A stretch of 47,833 nucleotides of DNA, counting the filler, from Jimgerdemannia flammicorona (Eukaryota), in NCBI GenBank assembly GCA_003990765.1. It is 2 parts of 2 records of this genome, joined end to end, with 100 filler letters (N's around TTAATTAATTAA, not from the genome) between each part and the next. Parts side by side here need not be neighbours in the genome. Positions count along the whole stretch, not along the records: positions 1 to 23,872 come from RBNJ01001050.1; positions 23,973 to 47,833 come from RBNJ01001051.1. One strand, given 5' to 3'. This document shows positions 11,549 through 24,325 of the stretch, piece by piece. Under the pieces are notes generated by a model. It searched no databases and was not told the DNA's origin. It saw only the letters and a list, made by a program, of their open reading frames with translations. Each line of letters starts with the position of its first letter. Within the stretch, counting starts at the first letter, position 1. The translations under genes and the position numbers were made by a program.

Positions 11549-13969
11549 TGTGACATACACAATTGACAATGGAGTACTGGTGACTGCTAAGATCAGATGA
11601 CATAATGGCATGACAATCAAATAGACAGTCTGACCCATTAGGTGATCATCCCAAAAGAAGACAAGATGATCTGAGCCAAAATGAAGACCACATTATTTAA
11701 GAAACCATACTCCACCTCAAGGATTGGCACCAAAGAACCAAGTACCCACCACACAATACCTCCCATTCACCGAACCAACCAGACCTCCCACCACTTTACC
11801 CCTTTGCCTGGTCCAAAGACCCTAATCTTTGAAGCTATCAAGAAGGCCATCTGGCGCCCAGATACTTCCAAACACTTGAACTTCTACACTGAGGACCTTG
11901 GACACTTCATCAACTATCGGTATATAATGACCCAATAGCTCAAAGACACTACCAAATGAATGACCCTCTGGCATGACTATGAAATCGGACACCACCTTTA
12001 CAATAAGACTCAAGAAGGTGACCAGGAAGACCTCATTGCTGAAATGTTAACCACCAGCCGGCTAATCAAGAGAGCCCTCTGTGTCCATCAAATCTTCCAC
12101 CATATTCCCTGGGCTATAGCACACTTGCAAAGAGTAACAGCTGGCAGCCTCTCCTGCCTTTCAACTGAAGATGCTGACTGGATAGAATCTGAAGTAGCCA
12201 ACTCTACTGACAGCAACCATGTTACCGTAGGAAGCCAACAAACCGAACCTACTCAGCCAGGTTTCCACACCACCCCACTCCAAGACAACCATCAAGGTCA
12301 CCTAATGAGTCTTATGGAGATATTTGAAGGACTGCCCATTACTATAGAAGTACCCGTTGGAGCTACCCCAACCACCCACCACCTTGTCAGCCACAATTCA
12401 CACCTCATCATTTGGGAACCAAATCAAGAAGAAGCCCAAGAAGTTCCTGTCTTTAAAGAGGAGGCCCAAGAACTCCAAGGCCCTACCCCTGAAGAAACCC
12501 CCTCTGACACTGAAACTGACGAGTCTTCAGAAGAAAAAGAGGAGCAACAGAGAGTCTACCAGTCCTCTGTCCACATCCAAGCTATTCAAGGGTTGGAGAA
12601 TGTTGTTGAAGATGACTGGCCACTTTTCTACCCCCTCACCTCTTGGCCAGTGCTTCCCCCCTTTGAGGAGAGATATGATGAAGAAGAAATCACAACCCAG
12701 CAAGATTTGCCCACTATGGACGAAGGGTACTATTTCCTCTAGAGTACCGCCCATCAGCTGTGAGAACCCAGCTTTTGTCAGCAAGTCTGAATCCAGCGTT
12801 GCTACCCAGTACTACCATTTTCAGCATTTTGTCAGCAGGTCCGAATTCAGCATTGCCACCCTCCACAACTGTTTCTGGCAACAATCATCATATTATGTCA
12901 GCTCATCCGAATCCAGCGTTGCTACCCAGTACCACCATTTTCAGAATTTTGTCAGCAGGTCCGAATCCAGCATTGCTATCCCCTACAACTCAATCTGTAG
13001 TAAACAATAGCCTGCATCTCGCATCATGCAAACCAATAGCATAAGTTCACCACAACATAGTATACCTTAGCCTTAGTCGCACCCCCTCTCCCATAGCTAG
13101 CAAACTTGTATTAATAATCCATATTCTTAGAGTGAATAAACCTCAGCCAGATAGTTTTACAGAGAAAACCCACTGCCTCTAAGAGACCAGATAAATTCTG
13201 AGAACAAGATAACAACCTAGAGCAACGGATCGCTCGGAAGTTTGAGTTAAAGAATTTTCTCTTGCCACAGAAAGAAAATGTTACCCGACTGCTGCCATTC
13301 GACCGCTATTCAAGATTCAAGACCCAGCCAAGGATTAAAGAACCCACGGAACCCAAGTTACCCAGCCAAGGATTCAAGACCCAGAAACCCAAGGAGACCC
13401 AGCCAAGGATTCTAGACCATGACCGCCATGCATTCAGACTGCCATTTGGACTGCGCATTTGACCACCATTCAAGATTCAAGACCCGGAAAACCAAGGAAC
13501 CCAAGGATACCCAGCCAAACAAGACTGCAGCCTAAGACCCACCAAGATACTTGAACGACTGCCAAAGACCCAAGTTATCCCGCCCTTTCAAGCTAAACAA
13601 GATGGACGAGTGAGCCATCAACCTCTGTTTTCCTGACCTACTGCACCACGAACCACTTTAATTGACCACATAAAGAGCAAGACCATCAAGCCCGTCATCG
13701 TCACTTAAATTCAAGTCCGCCATCATCGCCAAGTTAATCGCCACCAGGAAACTTAGCCAGCATAATCACCGCTCTTGTCTACTAAACAATTGAGCCACCA
13801 TCGTCGAATGATCTCCTGCTATTATCGATTACTGCACGAATCGAACGACCCGTCACATGACCATCGACCCATAACCATTATGAATGCACTCAGTTATCCA
13901 TCGCGTGCTTCACCAAGTGATATATTGAGCTGTGCAGTCGAAGTTCAATATACATAACCGAATGCCACA
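11549..13969 (+). repeat. Gypsy-1 3' LTR
   Basis: TGTGACATACAC...AATGCCACA, preceded by purine-rich AAAGGGCAGA (putative PPT). Confidence 0.97.
11666..12742 (+). pseudogene. LTR-embedded accessory ORF (3' copy)
   Basis: Stops at 11672, 11936 and 11957 are CGA/CAG/CGA in the 5' copy. Confidence 0.75.
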
Positions 13970-15628
13970 ATATATATTTGCCAGCTATAAGAATATAAGC
14001 TGAATAATAATCAAAATAATCTTATATATAAACTATACAAAGAATTATATAGCATTAAATAGGCAGTCTATCTGTAAAATAGAAAAATCTCCTTAATAAT
14101 AGCTTTATATACTGTAAAGTAGATATATATATATATATATATTTATTACTATACTGACAGAGTGACTTTTATAGATATATATATATAGGTAGATAATATA
14201 ATTATTATTGTGATAAAAAACAGACTTAACAGAGTTAAAGAAGTCCTGTATAAGAAATTCAAGATAATAGATATATGTAGGTGATATATCCTTTCTTTTG
14301 AGCATATCTATTATATATTATATATCTCTTATAGTTAACTTATATTTAAGCTATCCTAGAATACTTCAATTTGAGTAAATACAAGCCTGTTGATACTTCT
14401 ATAGAGACTTCAGTAAAGTTAAAGAAGCTCAATATTATACTAAAGATAAACAAAAATGACAATATTCTTTATCAGTAAGTAATTAGGTCTCTTATATATC
14501 TTATACTAGAAATTAGGTCTAATATCTCATATATTATAAAGATAGTATAGTACTCATTCTGCTATAATAATTTACATTAGAGTACTATTAAGAGGATTTT
14601 TAAATATATTAAAGATATGATATACTATATACTTACTCTTAGTAGATTGAGTGAAAGTAATAAGAGTAAGAATAATAATATATAACTATTTAATATATAT
14701 AAAACTAATTGGGCTAGAGACTTAGATGACCATCAATCTACAACCAGATATCTATTTCAAATTGATAATAAAAGGTTTACTGTTTTATAACAAATATATA
14801 AGTAGAGCTTAATAGTAATATCATTTATATAAGTAGAGTATCAAGTATTATTTACAATAACAAAGAAAGCCATTTGATAATGCCAGCTATTAAAGGAGCT
14901 CAGCTTTGATCAGGAGCACTCTATGCTCATCTATCAGGACAATCAATTGACCATAGTAATAGTAAAGAACTCTATTCATTATACTAAAATAAAGCACATT
15001 GATATATAGCATTATTATATAAGAGAATATATGCAAAATGAGGCTATATACCTAGAATACCTCTCCATAGAACAAATGATAGCAGATTCACTTACAAAAG
15101 TCCTTCCAAAGATGAAGTTCAATATATGTATAAAAGAAATAAATCTTATAGATACTTATAACAGAATAATGAACTATATATCAGTAATAGATAATCACAG
15201 GACATTTCATAATGAAAAAGAAGCAGAAAAACAATGCATTACATCTCTCTACATTTCTCAAACATTGCATTATTATTCACTAGTTCCTCTTCTTCTTCTA
15301 CATTTGAGTTTTTTCTACTACTAGAACCTATCTATATTCTTCATTTTCACTATGGTTTCTTATGCTTTAAGCATGGGTAGATAGCATTCTTTTAGTACAT
15401 TCGCAGTCATTTTTCAGTTATTTGCTGGGTTTCATTACATTCTTACATTCCTGCTTACATTGCATTCTTGCATATTATCTCGTTGAGCGGGAGTGTTGAA
15501 ATTATTACATCTCGATTATGTGTGGCTTATATGTAACTACGTCATCTTTGATTACATCACTGATTCCAATGCGCTATCCGGAATAATAAACAACGCTCTT
15601 CTCCAGTATCCACTCCATATTCACAACA
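13970..15628 (+). mobile_element. Degenerate Ty1/copia retrotransposon, right part (RT C-terminus, RNase H, 3' LTR)
   Basis: Copia RNase H remnants NWARDLDDHQSTT, IYQDNQ, KIKHIDI*HYYIRE, EQMIADSLTK. Confidence 0.85.
15494..15628 (+). repeat. Putative short copia 3' LTR
   Basis: Purine tract GAGCGGGAG then TGTTG...CAACA (135 bp) with internal AATAAA; the partner LTR is not in the window. Confidence 0.55.
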
Positions 15629-17023
15629 TTTACATCTTTCCTCGGAACTCCGTGCCACTAGCATTGATGTGCGATAACTGGGAAGTAAGCGATAAAAATA
15701 ATAAAAAAGGGATGAGTCAGAGATCGAACAACTAGTTCTAGTCGCAAATAAATGATTATGGGACGCTGAGATTCTGCAAATTCTGCAAGTTCCCACAACT
15801 ATTCCAAGTAATTATCACATTTTCAAGTATGTAGTTGATGCTCGTCGCTAGAACAATGGGATCTCTCGAAGGCATCTTCAAACCATTAAAAAATTTAAAG
15901 GTGCTGCATTAGAAATGCCGCATTCTCTACCGTCGCCCGCGGTGGACGTATATAATACTTATACCACATCACAACAGTCAAGGGGGTCATCTCAGTATGG
16001 CTACAGTAAACTGTTCACAGGTTGATCGCGACACGACTCTTTTCCCAATTGCCAAACAAAAACCGTATAGCAAAGAGAAAGGAGAGTGGGGATTTAACCA
16101 AGCAATGAGCAGTGAGTCAATTTTGGCGAGGTGAGGAAATTAAATCAGGAGAAGCGTACGTATGTTGGTGAGAGAGTGTGTGGAAAGTTGAGTATGGGCT
16201 GAAGAGTTTATCGGTGTTTGTGATTGCTTCGTTTGGGCTTATGATGGTCAGCGCACTGAGGAACCGATTCGGTCCCTTTGTAAGCTATTACGAAATGGAG
16301 ACGTATTTTTTTTTTTTTTAACTCAGTCTCGTGCGGTACATCCCTCGCTATAGCCCGTTCGTCACCCTTGATGTCAGATTTTGTAGCTTTATTCACCACT
16401 CTTCCAACAGTTTTTAGTCTTTCAAACAAACTGCGATAGTGATCGGCGCTTTTATTCTTTTTTTTTTTAAATTTTTTATTTAATTTTTTTTTTTTTTTAA
16501 AAAAAAAAAAGAGTGTATGAGCTACTAAAGAATGTCTGCCACCGTGAGATAAAACAAAACAGCGAAACCGATTAAACCGCAGTCAAAAATATGGCGGACA
16601 AGTGCGCTGCTAGCAAACACCAAGGGTACACTGCGATGTGAACAAACGAGAGTTTCGACTCCAGCCGGCAATATTAAGCAACCATACCCGGCCTCCAAAC
16701 AGGAGTTCTGTTAACTCCGACCGGGCTTCGTAATGCACGCCAAGCTCACCAGATGGGATGTCGGTAGCTTCTTTACGTCGAAAAGAACAGGGCCGATGGC
16801 CTTCGAGTTCGAAGCGAATATTGCTCACGCGACCGCCAGGTGGATTACAGAATCAATGGCCAAAATATATTCGAGAACCAGTATGGTAACCACGGAGGAT
16901 GGCGAAACAATATCGATATATAATGAGAACGGATAAAAATTTCAATACAAATATATACATATACACCATCAAAAAAATACCGATAATATCGATGCCAAAT
17001 TACCTAAAGACAAGAACATTCAG

Positions 17024-18160
17024 CTAGTCGGTGGAGCGGCCCCAAGTCGTGGCGCCGATGCATATGCCAGCGTAAATCATCTGAATACCCAAACACCCAC
17101 CGTAACATATAGTAAATGACTTGTCATCTTCTCCCGGCGTGCGGTATGCAAGCAGCCGGTACCCGGTGTACGCCGCCCAAACTAAGAAACCCCACTCCAA
17201 CGCGACAGCCTCGAACGGTACGGTCCGCTCAGCGGCGGCGAGAGACCCCCTACCGACATAGGCTATGACGTTCGACACCGCGAACAGGAGGGGAATGGTA
17301 ATCCAGCGAGCCAATGTGTCTCCGAGAAGAATCGGGACTGTGACCCTGCCGAAGGCCGCGTCAACGTCGATGTCACGGAAGTCCTGGATGTGAACGATGC
17401 AGGAATGGAAGAAGCAAAAGGCCAGGCCCCATGCGTGCACCCAACCTTCGAGGAAGAATTTCGCGTCGTCGGCGTCGTCGACGACGACCAGGATCCTGTG
17501 GACAACAACGTGGTACAACCATGCGCCAAGACCAGGGAAGAGGTTCTTGAGGAAGGGGTGGCGGTCCCAGCCACCGATCTGGTAGAACGCGGTCAGGATT
17601 GCCCAAATGACGGTACCGAGGACGCCCGCCCACCAACCGGCGATGAAATACCCAACGATTGGAAACAGGATGCTGCAGACGCCGAATCTTAACTTGGCGC
17701 CTTCTACGGAAACCAGGCCGGACGGGATCGGCCGATCTGGCTTGTTGGCTTTATCCTCGTCGACCGTCGGGATTTGGGAGGCCCTGTGTTTGTTTATTGA
17801 GGATTGAGGTGTGAGGTGTTTAGCTATTGGCAGGAATTATCACCACGGTATATCAAAGCTACCAGGATAATACGTATATACTAACCAATCAAACCAATAT
17901 ATGAAGAACGAGCACCAGATCAGCAGACGCGCAAGACACGGCAGAACCACATGTAGAAAATCTGTCATGGATAGGCCCTGGGAGTGCCCGGAGGTGCCCC
18001 AGAACCTTTGGTAAAACGCACCAAGGGCCAACAACTGCGATGGTATCATTGTAGTATTCCAATCGCGGTAGGTCAGCCTGTAACCGATGAGCAATTCGCA
18101 ACGTATGGTATCCAAAGTGGACCTGACGGCCCGGCGTGTGCAATAGGGTATGTTGTACAT
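17024..18160 (-). CDS. UbiA-superfamily membrane prenyltransferase / putative UbiA-type terpene cyclase; exons 18160-17886 and 17783-17024 (344 aa)
   Basis: GTTAGT...CAG intron (17885-17784) joins FIYWFDW to ASQIPTVDEDKANKPDRPIPSG; second Asp-rich motif HIQDFRDIDVDAAFGRVTVP; several hydrophobic helices; CpG retained, no stops. Confidence 0.88.
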
Positions 18161-18220
18161 TTTTGCAAATCCAGAGCGCTTGCTTCTTTCGAGATTGAAA
18201 CCATCGTCGCTGCCGCGATA

Positions 18221-18228
18221 TATTTATA
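18221..18228 (-). promoter_or_regulatory. Candidate TATA box of the UbiA-family gene
   Basis: TATAAATA on the minus strand 60 bp upstream of the ATG at 18160. Confidence 0.5.
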
Positions 18229-19780
18229 TTGCCGGCGAGTTTCTTGACAAAGCCTTCTTTGCAACGCAAAATCGATCAGTCGATAGATTTCGCCTTCATG
18301 CCACGTCGAAATGTGGTTTTTGTCCGTTCGTCTTTGAAGACCGTTTGAGGATGACAACCGAGTCAGGCGGAGAATGGCCCAATCTTACCGCATGAGGTTC
18401 TTCCCGAATAATCTTTGTCAGCTTTCACACTTTTTCCCGTTTTACAAACCCCAATCGGGAATCGGGTGGCATAAGTCACCCAGGGAATGCATAGTACAAA
18501 ATAATTATGTCGACATAAATTGGTTTTTTACCACTAAGGGGAATGCACATTGTAGGCCGTGCCTTTTTTTTTTCGCAAAATAAATATTTTCAGTAAAAAG
18601 AGTGTGTGGAGTAAAGCTCGACATAACATATAAAATGTCATGCCTCGGCCTGGAAAATAACACACGACAAAGTTAGGAGCTTTAGCATATGAACAGAACG
18701 CACCGACACTTTGGACATCTTAACTTGAATACAAAGCACATCCTGCTGACTGCTCAAAATAATCTGGCACGTACTTCAAAGCTTACAAAGTGTATGAAAT
18801 AAACACAACACTATCACCTATTCGCTGCCTATTGTGAATTAACCATGTGGCTCTCTTATGTCGATTTGGAGGGAGCCGCGGGGTAGAGAGATAGAACGCA
18901 ATGCGAGGTGTATCAAAGGATCAGATGCCGTGCGATATCGAGATCATTGGATGCCGAAACTCTTCCATCAAACGTTTATAGTGACGCTTCTATGAGGATT
19001 TCTGCGGGCGGACACAAAAAACAGGCGATCCGTATTTTGATAACAAATTTCTGGCAAAGGTTAACACTATTCCACGTGTTTCTAATGGCTATCGTACACA
19101 TCCCAAACACTTAGCTCCAATTAGATACATCACGTTTTTTCTTGCCTTCTTTACCTTTGTTTTGTAAATTCCAATTCTATTTCTCGTAAGTGCATAACAG
19201 ATTTTGTCAACTTAAAATTCCTCGACAATTTTAATCTTCGATTATTAGAGTACATCACGATGCCGCGCACATTCCGCTACAGGAGTCTTTTCCCCGATAG
19301 AACTGCTCTAATGCTAACCCACAGGCGAGCATGCAAGGTTGGAAATGAGGAAAGCCAGAAATATTACGCTCGAGATACGCGCCTCGTTGAGTATTTCTTG
19401 GAACCGTTTTAAACCTGAAATTCCCGATGCAGATTAATGTGCTTTTATAGCTTTACGTAGAAGTGTCGGTACTTCATTGGTACAACAATTGGCAACATTC
19501 AAACGTTGTTCAAGTGGCACTCGTATAACAGCAATCCCCCTTCTTTTTTATTTATTGTTTATTTGTTTATTTATTTATTTTGACGGTGCGATTATTTACG
19601 CCTTGAATGAGCGATCAGCAGCAGCTCAGGTTGCTCGCCGCATTCGGGCCAATTCTGAGCTTTGGTTGCTCCCACGCCAGTTAATACCGGACACCATTCC
19701 GTTCTCCTCGCATGCACATGCCATCTTAACTATTCCACTAATCCGTACGGCTTTGTCTCTGTAGGAAATCAGGGGAACGT

Positions 19781-20104
19781 ATTTGCACTTATTCGGGCCT
19801 ATTAATCGGTCAACCTTTTGGTCATGCATTATCACGAGCGCATTTGCATTTATTCAGGCTATAGACTTGGCTATGCGTTGTCAGAGGAACCCATTTGCAT
19901 TTATTTGGGCCTACTAACCTGTCAACCATTTGGCAATGCATTGTCAGACGAGCCCATTGACTTTTTCGGGGTCTAATTAACCTGTCAATTTGGTGATGCA
20001 TTGTCAGACGAGCACGGTTACATTAACATTTTGACAATGCATTGTCAGGCGAGCGCATTCAGACTTATTAACCTGTCAACTCTTTTGGCGATGCACTATC
20101 AAGC
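19781..20104. repeat. Degenerate minisatellite (about 40-62 bp, about 6 copies)
   Basis: Recurrent ATTTGCATTTATT...TAACCTGTCAAC...ATGCATTGTCAGACGAGC. Confidence 0.75.
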
Positions 20105-20389
20105 CAACATAATAAGCGTAAAAGCTTCTCTGGGTAAGCGTGAGACGACGGATCTGAATTGCTTAGTAAAAGAGCGCGGACAGACAGTGGGGCCATGTCA
20201 GAAACAAAATCTCGTCGCCTCTCGCTGCGAACAGATCGCTTTGGTACATATCCATCTCGCGAGCATCAGAGTTTTCAAAGGGCTTGATCAGGGCTAGTTT
20301 TTGGATGATTTCGGTCTCTAATGGAATGGCCTGAGCAAGGGAAGTATGGTCGTGCTTGTTTGGCTGATGACTGAGATGTTTCGTCCGAG

Positions 20390-20520
20390 CTCGTGATGTG
20401 GAGGGTCACGTATAAAAACTGTTGCTCGTGCTGACGATTGCGAGATGTACGGTTGTCAAATCTCGTGATGGGGAGGGTCACGTATAAGAACTGTTGCGCG
20501 TGCTGACGATTGCGGGATGT
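20390..20520. repeat. Tandem duplication with 72-bp period
   Basis: CTCGTGATGxGGAGGGTCACGTATAAxAACTGTTGCxCGTGCTGACGATTGCGxGATGT at 20390 and 20462. Confidence 0.9.
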
Positions 20521-23500
20521 GGGAACCGGAAAGAGCAAAGGGGGTGGGATGATTGGGATTAACGGATGCAGTTATGTAAGGTGAGTCGTTCTAAAATTTC
20601 GGTGGAGACCACTGAACACTAGGCCTTTTCATTTTTCTACAAAACTGATGCTGGTAAATGAGGATTGATTTTCATAGCGCTCTGTTTTTATACATATCGT
20701 GCTCTCTCACACTCTTTTTTTTTTTTTATCAACGAACAATTATTTTGTTGACAGGACTGATTTTTATTTCGGTAATAAACATTGCCATTTAAGGGAGTCA
20801 GACTAAAAATTGCGAAACTCTAATACCTCAAACCGAATAATAGGGAAGATATTTATGAATAAATATGAGTTTCGCGATTCTCAGCGGACTCCCAATATAT
20901 CGGGATCTTCCCAACTTCACTGTCATCTTGGTGCGGACCGAAAATAAATCCCGATATGCAGGGCTGAGGCATGAGACCAAGTATGGTGGTTTACGTGATG
21001 CCCAGGGCAACAAAAATGGCCTTTTGTTTGTTGATTATGTAGGGTGTGGCGGGCAGGAATCATTGTTATACTAGGGAGGGACGTCGCCGGGGTGTATGGA
21101 CCAATTCCCGAATAGATGGAGACATCGAGAGCGTTGTCGAGATACTCGATCGAGGAATTAAGTGATTACGCAAGGCAAGGGTCGTGAAGCGGCTCCTGGG
21201 AGGCCGCGGGAGGAGATGCCATCTAGAATTTGCGAATAGCAAAAGGCGCAGTTGATTAGTTGTTTCTCAAACAAAAAAGCGCGATTGTTTTTCATTTTGG
21301 ACCACTAAAATCCAAAGAGCGGAACACAAAAGGAATGCCTCGTAGTGCCCATATATGGTCATTTGCCGGTCTCCAAATCACGCTATTTGCAGGTGAAGTT
21401 TCTATCAAAACTCTCACGTACTACTGAGAAAGAAGCGAGCAAATCAACCGGGGTTGCTTAATTCAGTCATTGTTATGCCTTCATGCTATCATAACTTTTC
21501 AATCCCCCGGGAATATCAGTACGGAAAATAGAGTTTGCTTGTCTGGTGTGACAGCGGCCCTTCATACACACATGACGCCATAGTATATACTCTAAAGGTC
21601 AAGAGTCAACTGGTGCGTTAGGCAGTGGACGTTGATGATCGACACGGTCGGGGATGCAAATTGAAGGTCAAATAGAAAAAAAAAAAAAAAAGAAACGTGG
21701 ATGGTGAGCCTGTAACTAATCTTGTGGCGTCAGGGAAGGCATAAACCGTCACCAACGCTGTGCGGTTCTACTTATAGGCGGGCGAATCAGAAGGGCGAAC
21801 GTGAAATTCGGCCTAGTTGACATGTAAAAATCACGATTCGAAAAAAATTGTCGGTGATTGTCCATACATAGGTAAAAATTGAACGAAAAAATCCGGTAGG
21901 TTTATAACTATTAAAATCCATCTCATCTAGTGCAACAACCGGTTTTTGTAACAGTAATTATAATTCCGGATTCCGGGCGAAATGGCCGAAAAGAAACGAC
22001 AAATGTGTAGGTCGGTTCCGGTAAAGCAAAGCATAAAATATATGGTTATAGTTGATGTGAAGAGCGTTTCGGTAATCAAATTGCTTTCTGCTTTTCGTCC
22101 TTTAATCTTAAATATTGTTACTCGATTATGTGCATGAAATGTTGGAAAGTACTATTTCGTCTCGTTCTATTGCATTCAAATGTTCCAGTCCAATATTGAC
22201 ATAACATAGAATAGTCACTGTGCAGCTCAATTTTCCCATTTCACCGATCCACCTGTTTCACACTATATAGAAATGGCTTGTATCCAGCCGCATACTTTTG
22301 GGAGTCGAATTATTTCTTTTATTTCAGACCTGACGGATTCATTCGTGAAAGTGAAGCACGCCCGGTTGTGGTGGTTAGTTCACGTGCCATGGATAGCATG
22401 GATAGGCGTTGGCCGTTTGGTGAGACGTTGCTATTGAATTTGGTGTTGGTGACGTGGAAGAAAGTGGCGTATCTCCACGTTGGAGTATGAATCATACGAA
22501 GGTGTATTCGCATCTGGTGGAACAGGCGGGAGAGATGAAACGAGCGAAACAAGGCGAGCTGGGGGGTCTCGGGAACCTTTGCCGCAGTTTACAATTACAA
22601 TTTTGTGAATAGTCGCATCAGAATTACTATCAAAGGTCGTCGGTTTAGATATATTTAAAAATAATGCAAGGATATGCGGGATTGGTTTCGCCCTTCATGG
22701 AAGAATAACGAAAAGAGATGTCACCTTTTTCTAAAGAACCCGGCAGTTATTTTTCTCAAGAAAAGGGGGCTACCAAGACCGTTTTGGATGGTGTTGTGGG
22801 AAAGGATGGTGTAGATACTGGCGGAAATAATATAGTTAGCTCTGTGTCCTCAATCATGTCTTACTGAGCTCCTAATACTTTCGCGCCGACCACTTACTCC
22901 TTTGAGAACCCCCTTAAGTCCAGGGGTATCCCGTACCCTCGTACATGGGGGCGCAGCAACCAGCACGTTACCAGTGTATAACTTATACCAGCAGGCTGCT
23001 AATTTATATTTATGCGCGATAAAGTGTGAAATTATATAATTTTTTTTTGACTTTGTATTTCGTTTTGACTTTGGGTATCAACACCAGTGATAAAATTCAA
23101 TCGCATTTCATGGCATACACCATCATCGTTGATTGAACATGAAAAGTGAGGGTGGGGAACAGAAACGGTCATTTCCCATTTTGGGTCACCATCTCAGGGG
23201 TTGGACCCATTCCGGTCTTGCAGCACGATCGTGAATGGCGTTGCGCTATGTTAATTTCCCCATCGGGAATAGCGGACCTGGTAAGGGGGCTACTTCATGC
23301 TTGAACCGCGGCTTCCGGTACCAGGATATGCCGATCAGGGGGAGCAAGTGCCGTGGATCAAGACCGCAAAACACGGATTGGAGTTATTCATGAGAAAAAA
23401 AAGTGAAGATATATCCACCCTATGCCGTATCATTGCCTTAGGAAACACTTTATGCAAAGATTTCACCCATTCTCTCATTCTCTGTTTTCAATTCCTACTC

Positions 23501-23872
23501 ACGTATACACTCAACCGGGAGCGATCTACCTCCGTGGTAAAGACCGTATAGCCCTTGCACGTTTTCGGTATTTAGCCCACCATAAGAAGTAGCATGTCCG
23601 CGGGAGATGTTCGCCACGTGAACAATTCCGTGCCTGATACCTTCCCTTAAGCGATTTGGGCAGCGACCGCTTGCCGGTATAAGCGCCGGTTTACTACCTC
23701 TCTGCTCAGTTTGTCTTATCCCATCGGATTCCGGAATGATCCCCAAACAGATTAATTTGCGTGTCGAGCCACGTGTGGGAACCAACCACCGGCATCGCGT
23801 CTGACCTTTGGGCATTTGGTTGGTTGTTCGGAAGGGGGTTCAAAGATTCTTTTGAGCATGGAAATATACCTT

Positions 23873-23972
23873 NNNNNNNNNNNNNNNNNNNNNNNNNNNN
23901 NNNNNNNNNNNNNNNNTTAATTAATTAANNNNNNNNNNNNNNNNNNNNNNNNNNNNNNNNNNNNNNNNNNNN
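23873..23972. other. Assembly gap with artificial linker
   Basis: 100-nt run of N with central TTAATTAATTAA (stops in all six frames). Confidence 0.97.
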
Positions 23973-24325
23973 TTCATAACCCACAAACCACTCTTAAGTA
24001 AATCCGCTCTCTGTTAGGTCCTACTCCTAACCCTGTTACGAAATTTCCTAATTGGGTATTGTCTGCAGCGATACGCCGATTCAACTAAGCTGGTCTTAGC
24101 TTCTTGAACTTCCTGAAATACGGAAAATCCTGAACATCCAGAACTAGTCCGGAAAAGGACTTTGGTTGAGACGTCAACCCGATCTTGCAATCAATAAGCG
24201 TAGAGGACGTACTCCATACGAAATTGATCTTGACCATAAGAAAACGGTCTTCCAGAATATCCAGAACCTCCAGAAAACCCTTCTAGAACTACGTAACGGT
24301 CACCCTAAAAAGTAACCCTCTTACA
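23973..24325. mobile_element. Possible LTR fragment truncating the LINE
   Basis: CpG-retaining segment ending ...CTCTTACA exactly where LINE ORF2 similarity stops; internal TGTTACG...CGTAACG inverted ends (24034-24298). Confidence 0.35.

Larger units (their letters stand above)
1253..13969 (+). mobile_element. Full-length Ty3/gypsy LTR retrotransposon (Gypsy-1), inactivated
   Basis: Two 2421-bp LTRs (TGT...ACA), PBS after the 5' LTR, gag-PR-dUTPase-RT-RH-IN order, flanked by ATAT (1249-1252 / 13970-13973). Confidence 0.97.

Noticed and set aside
18073..18204. Alternative upstream ATG (18204) for the UbiA gene
   Set aside because: Different frame that stops at 18073 and lies too close to the TATA box.
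20275..20538. 87-aa ORF with a 24-aa duplication
   Set aside because: Explained by the 72-bp DNA duplication; non-ATG start and no recognisable domain.
20600..23872. Short ORFs in CpG-normal DNA (e.g. 23297-23551, 23495-23815)
   Set aside because: No recognisable motifs or consistent exon structure; a hidden gene or ncRNA cannot be excluded.
23917..23928. TTAATTAATTAA palindrome
   Set aside because: Centred in an N run; artificial contig linker.
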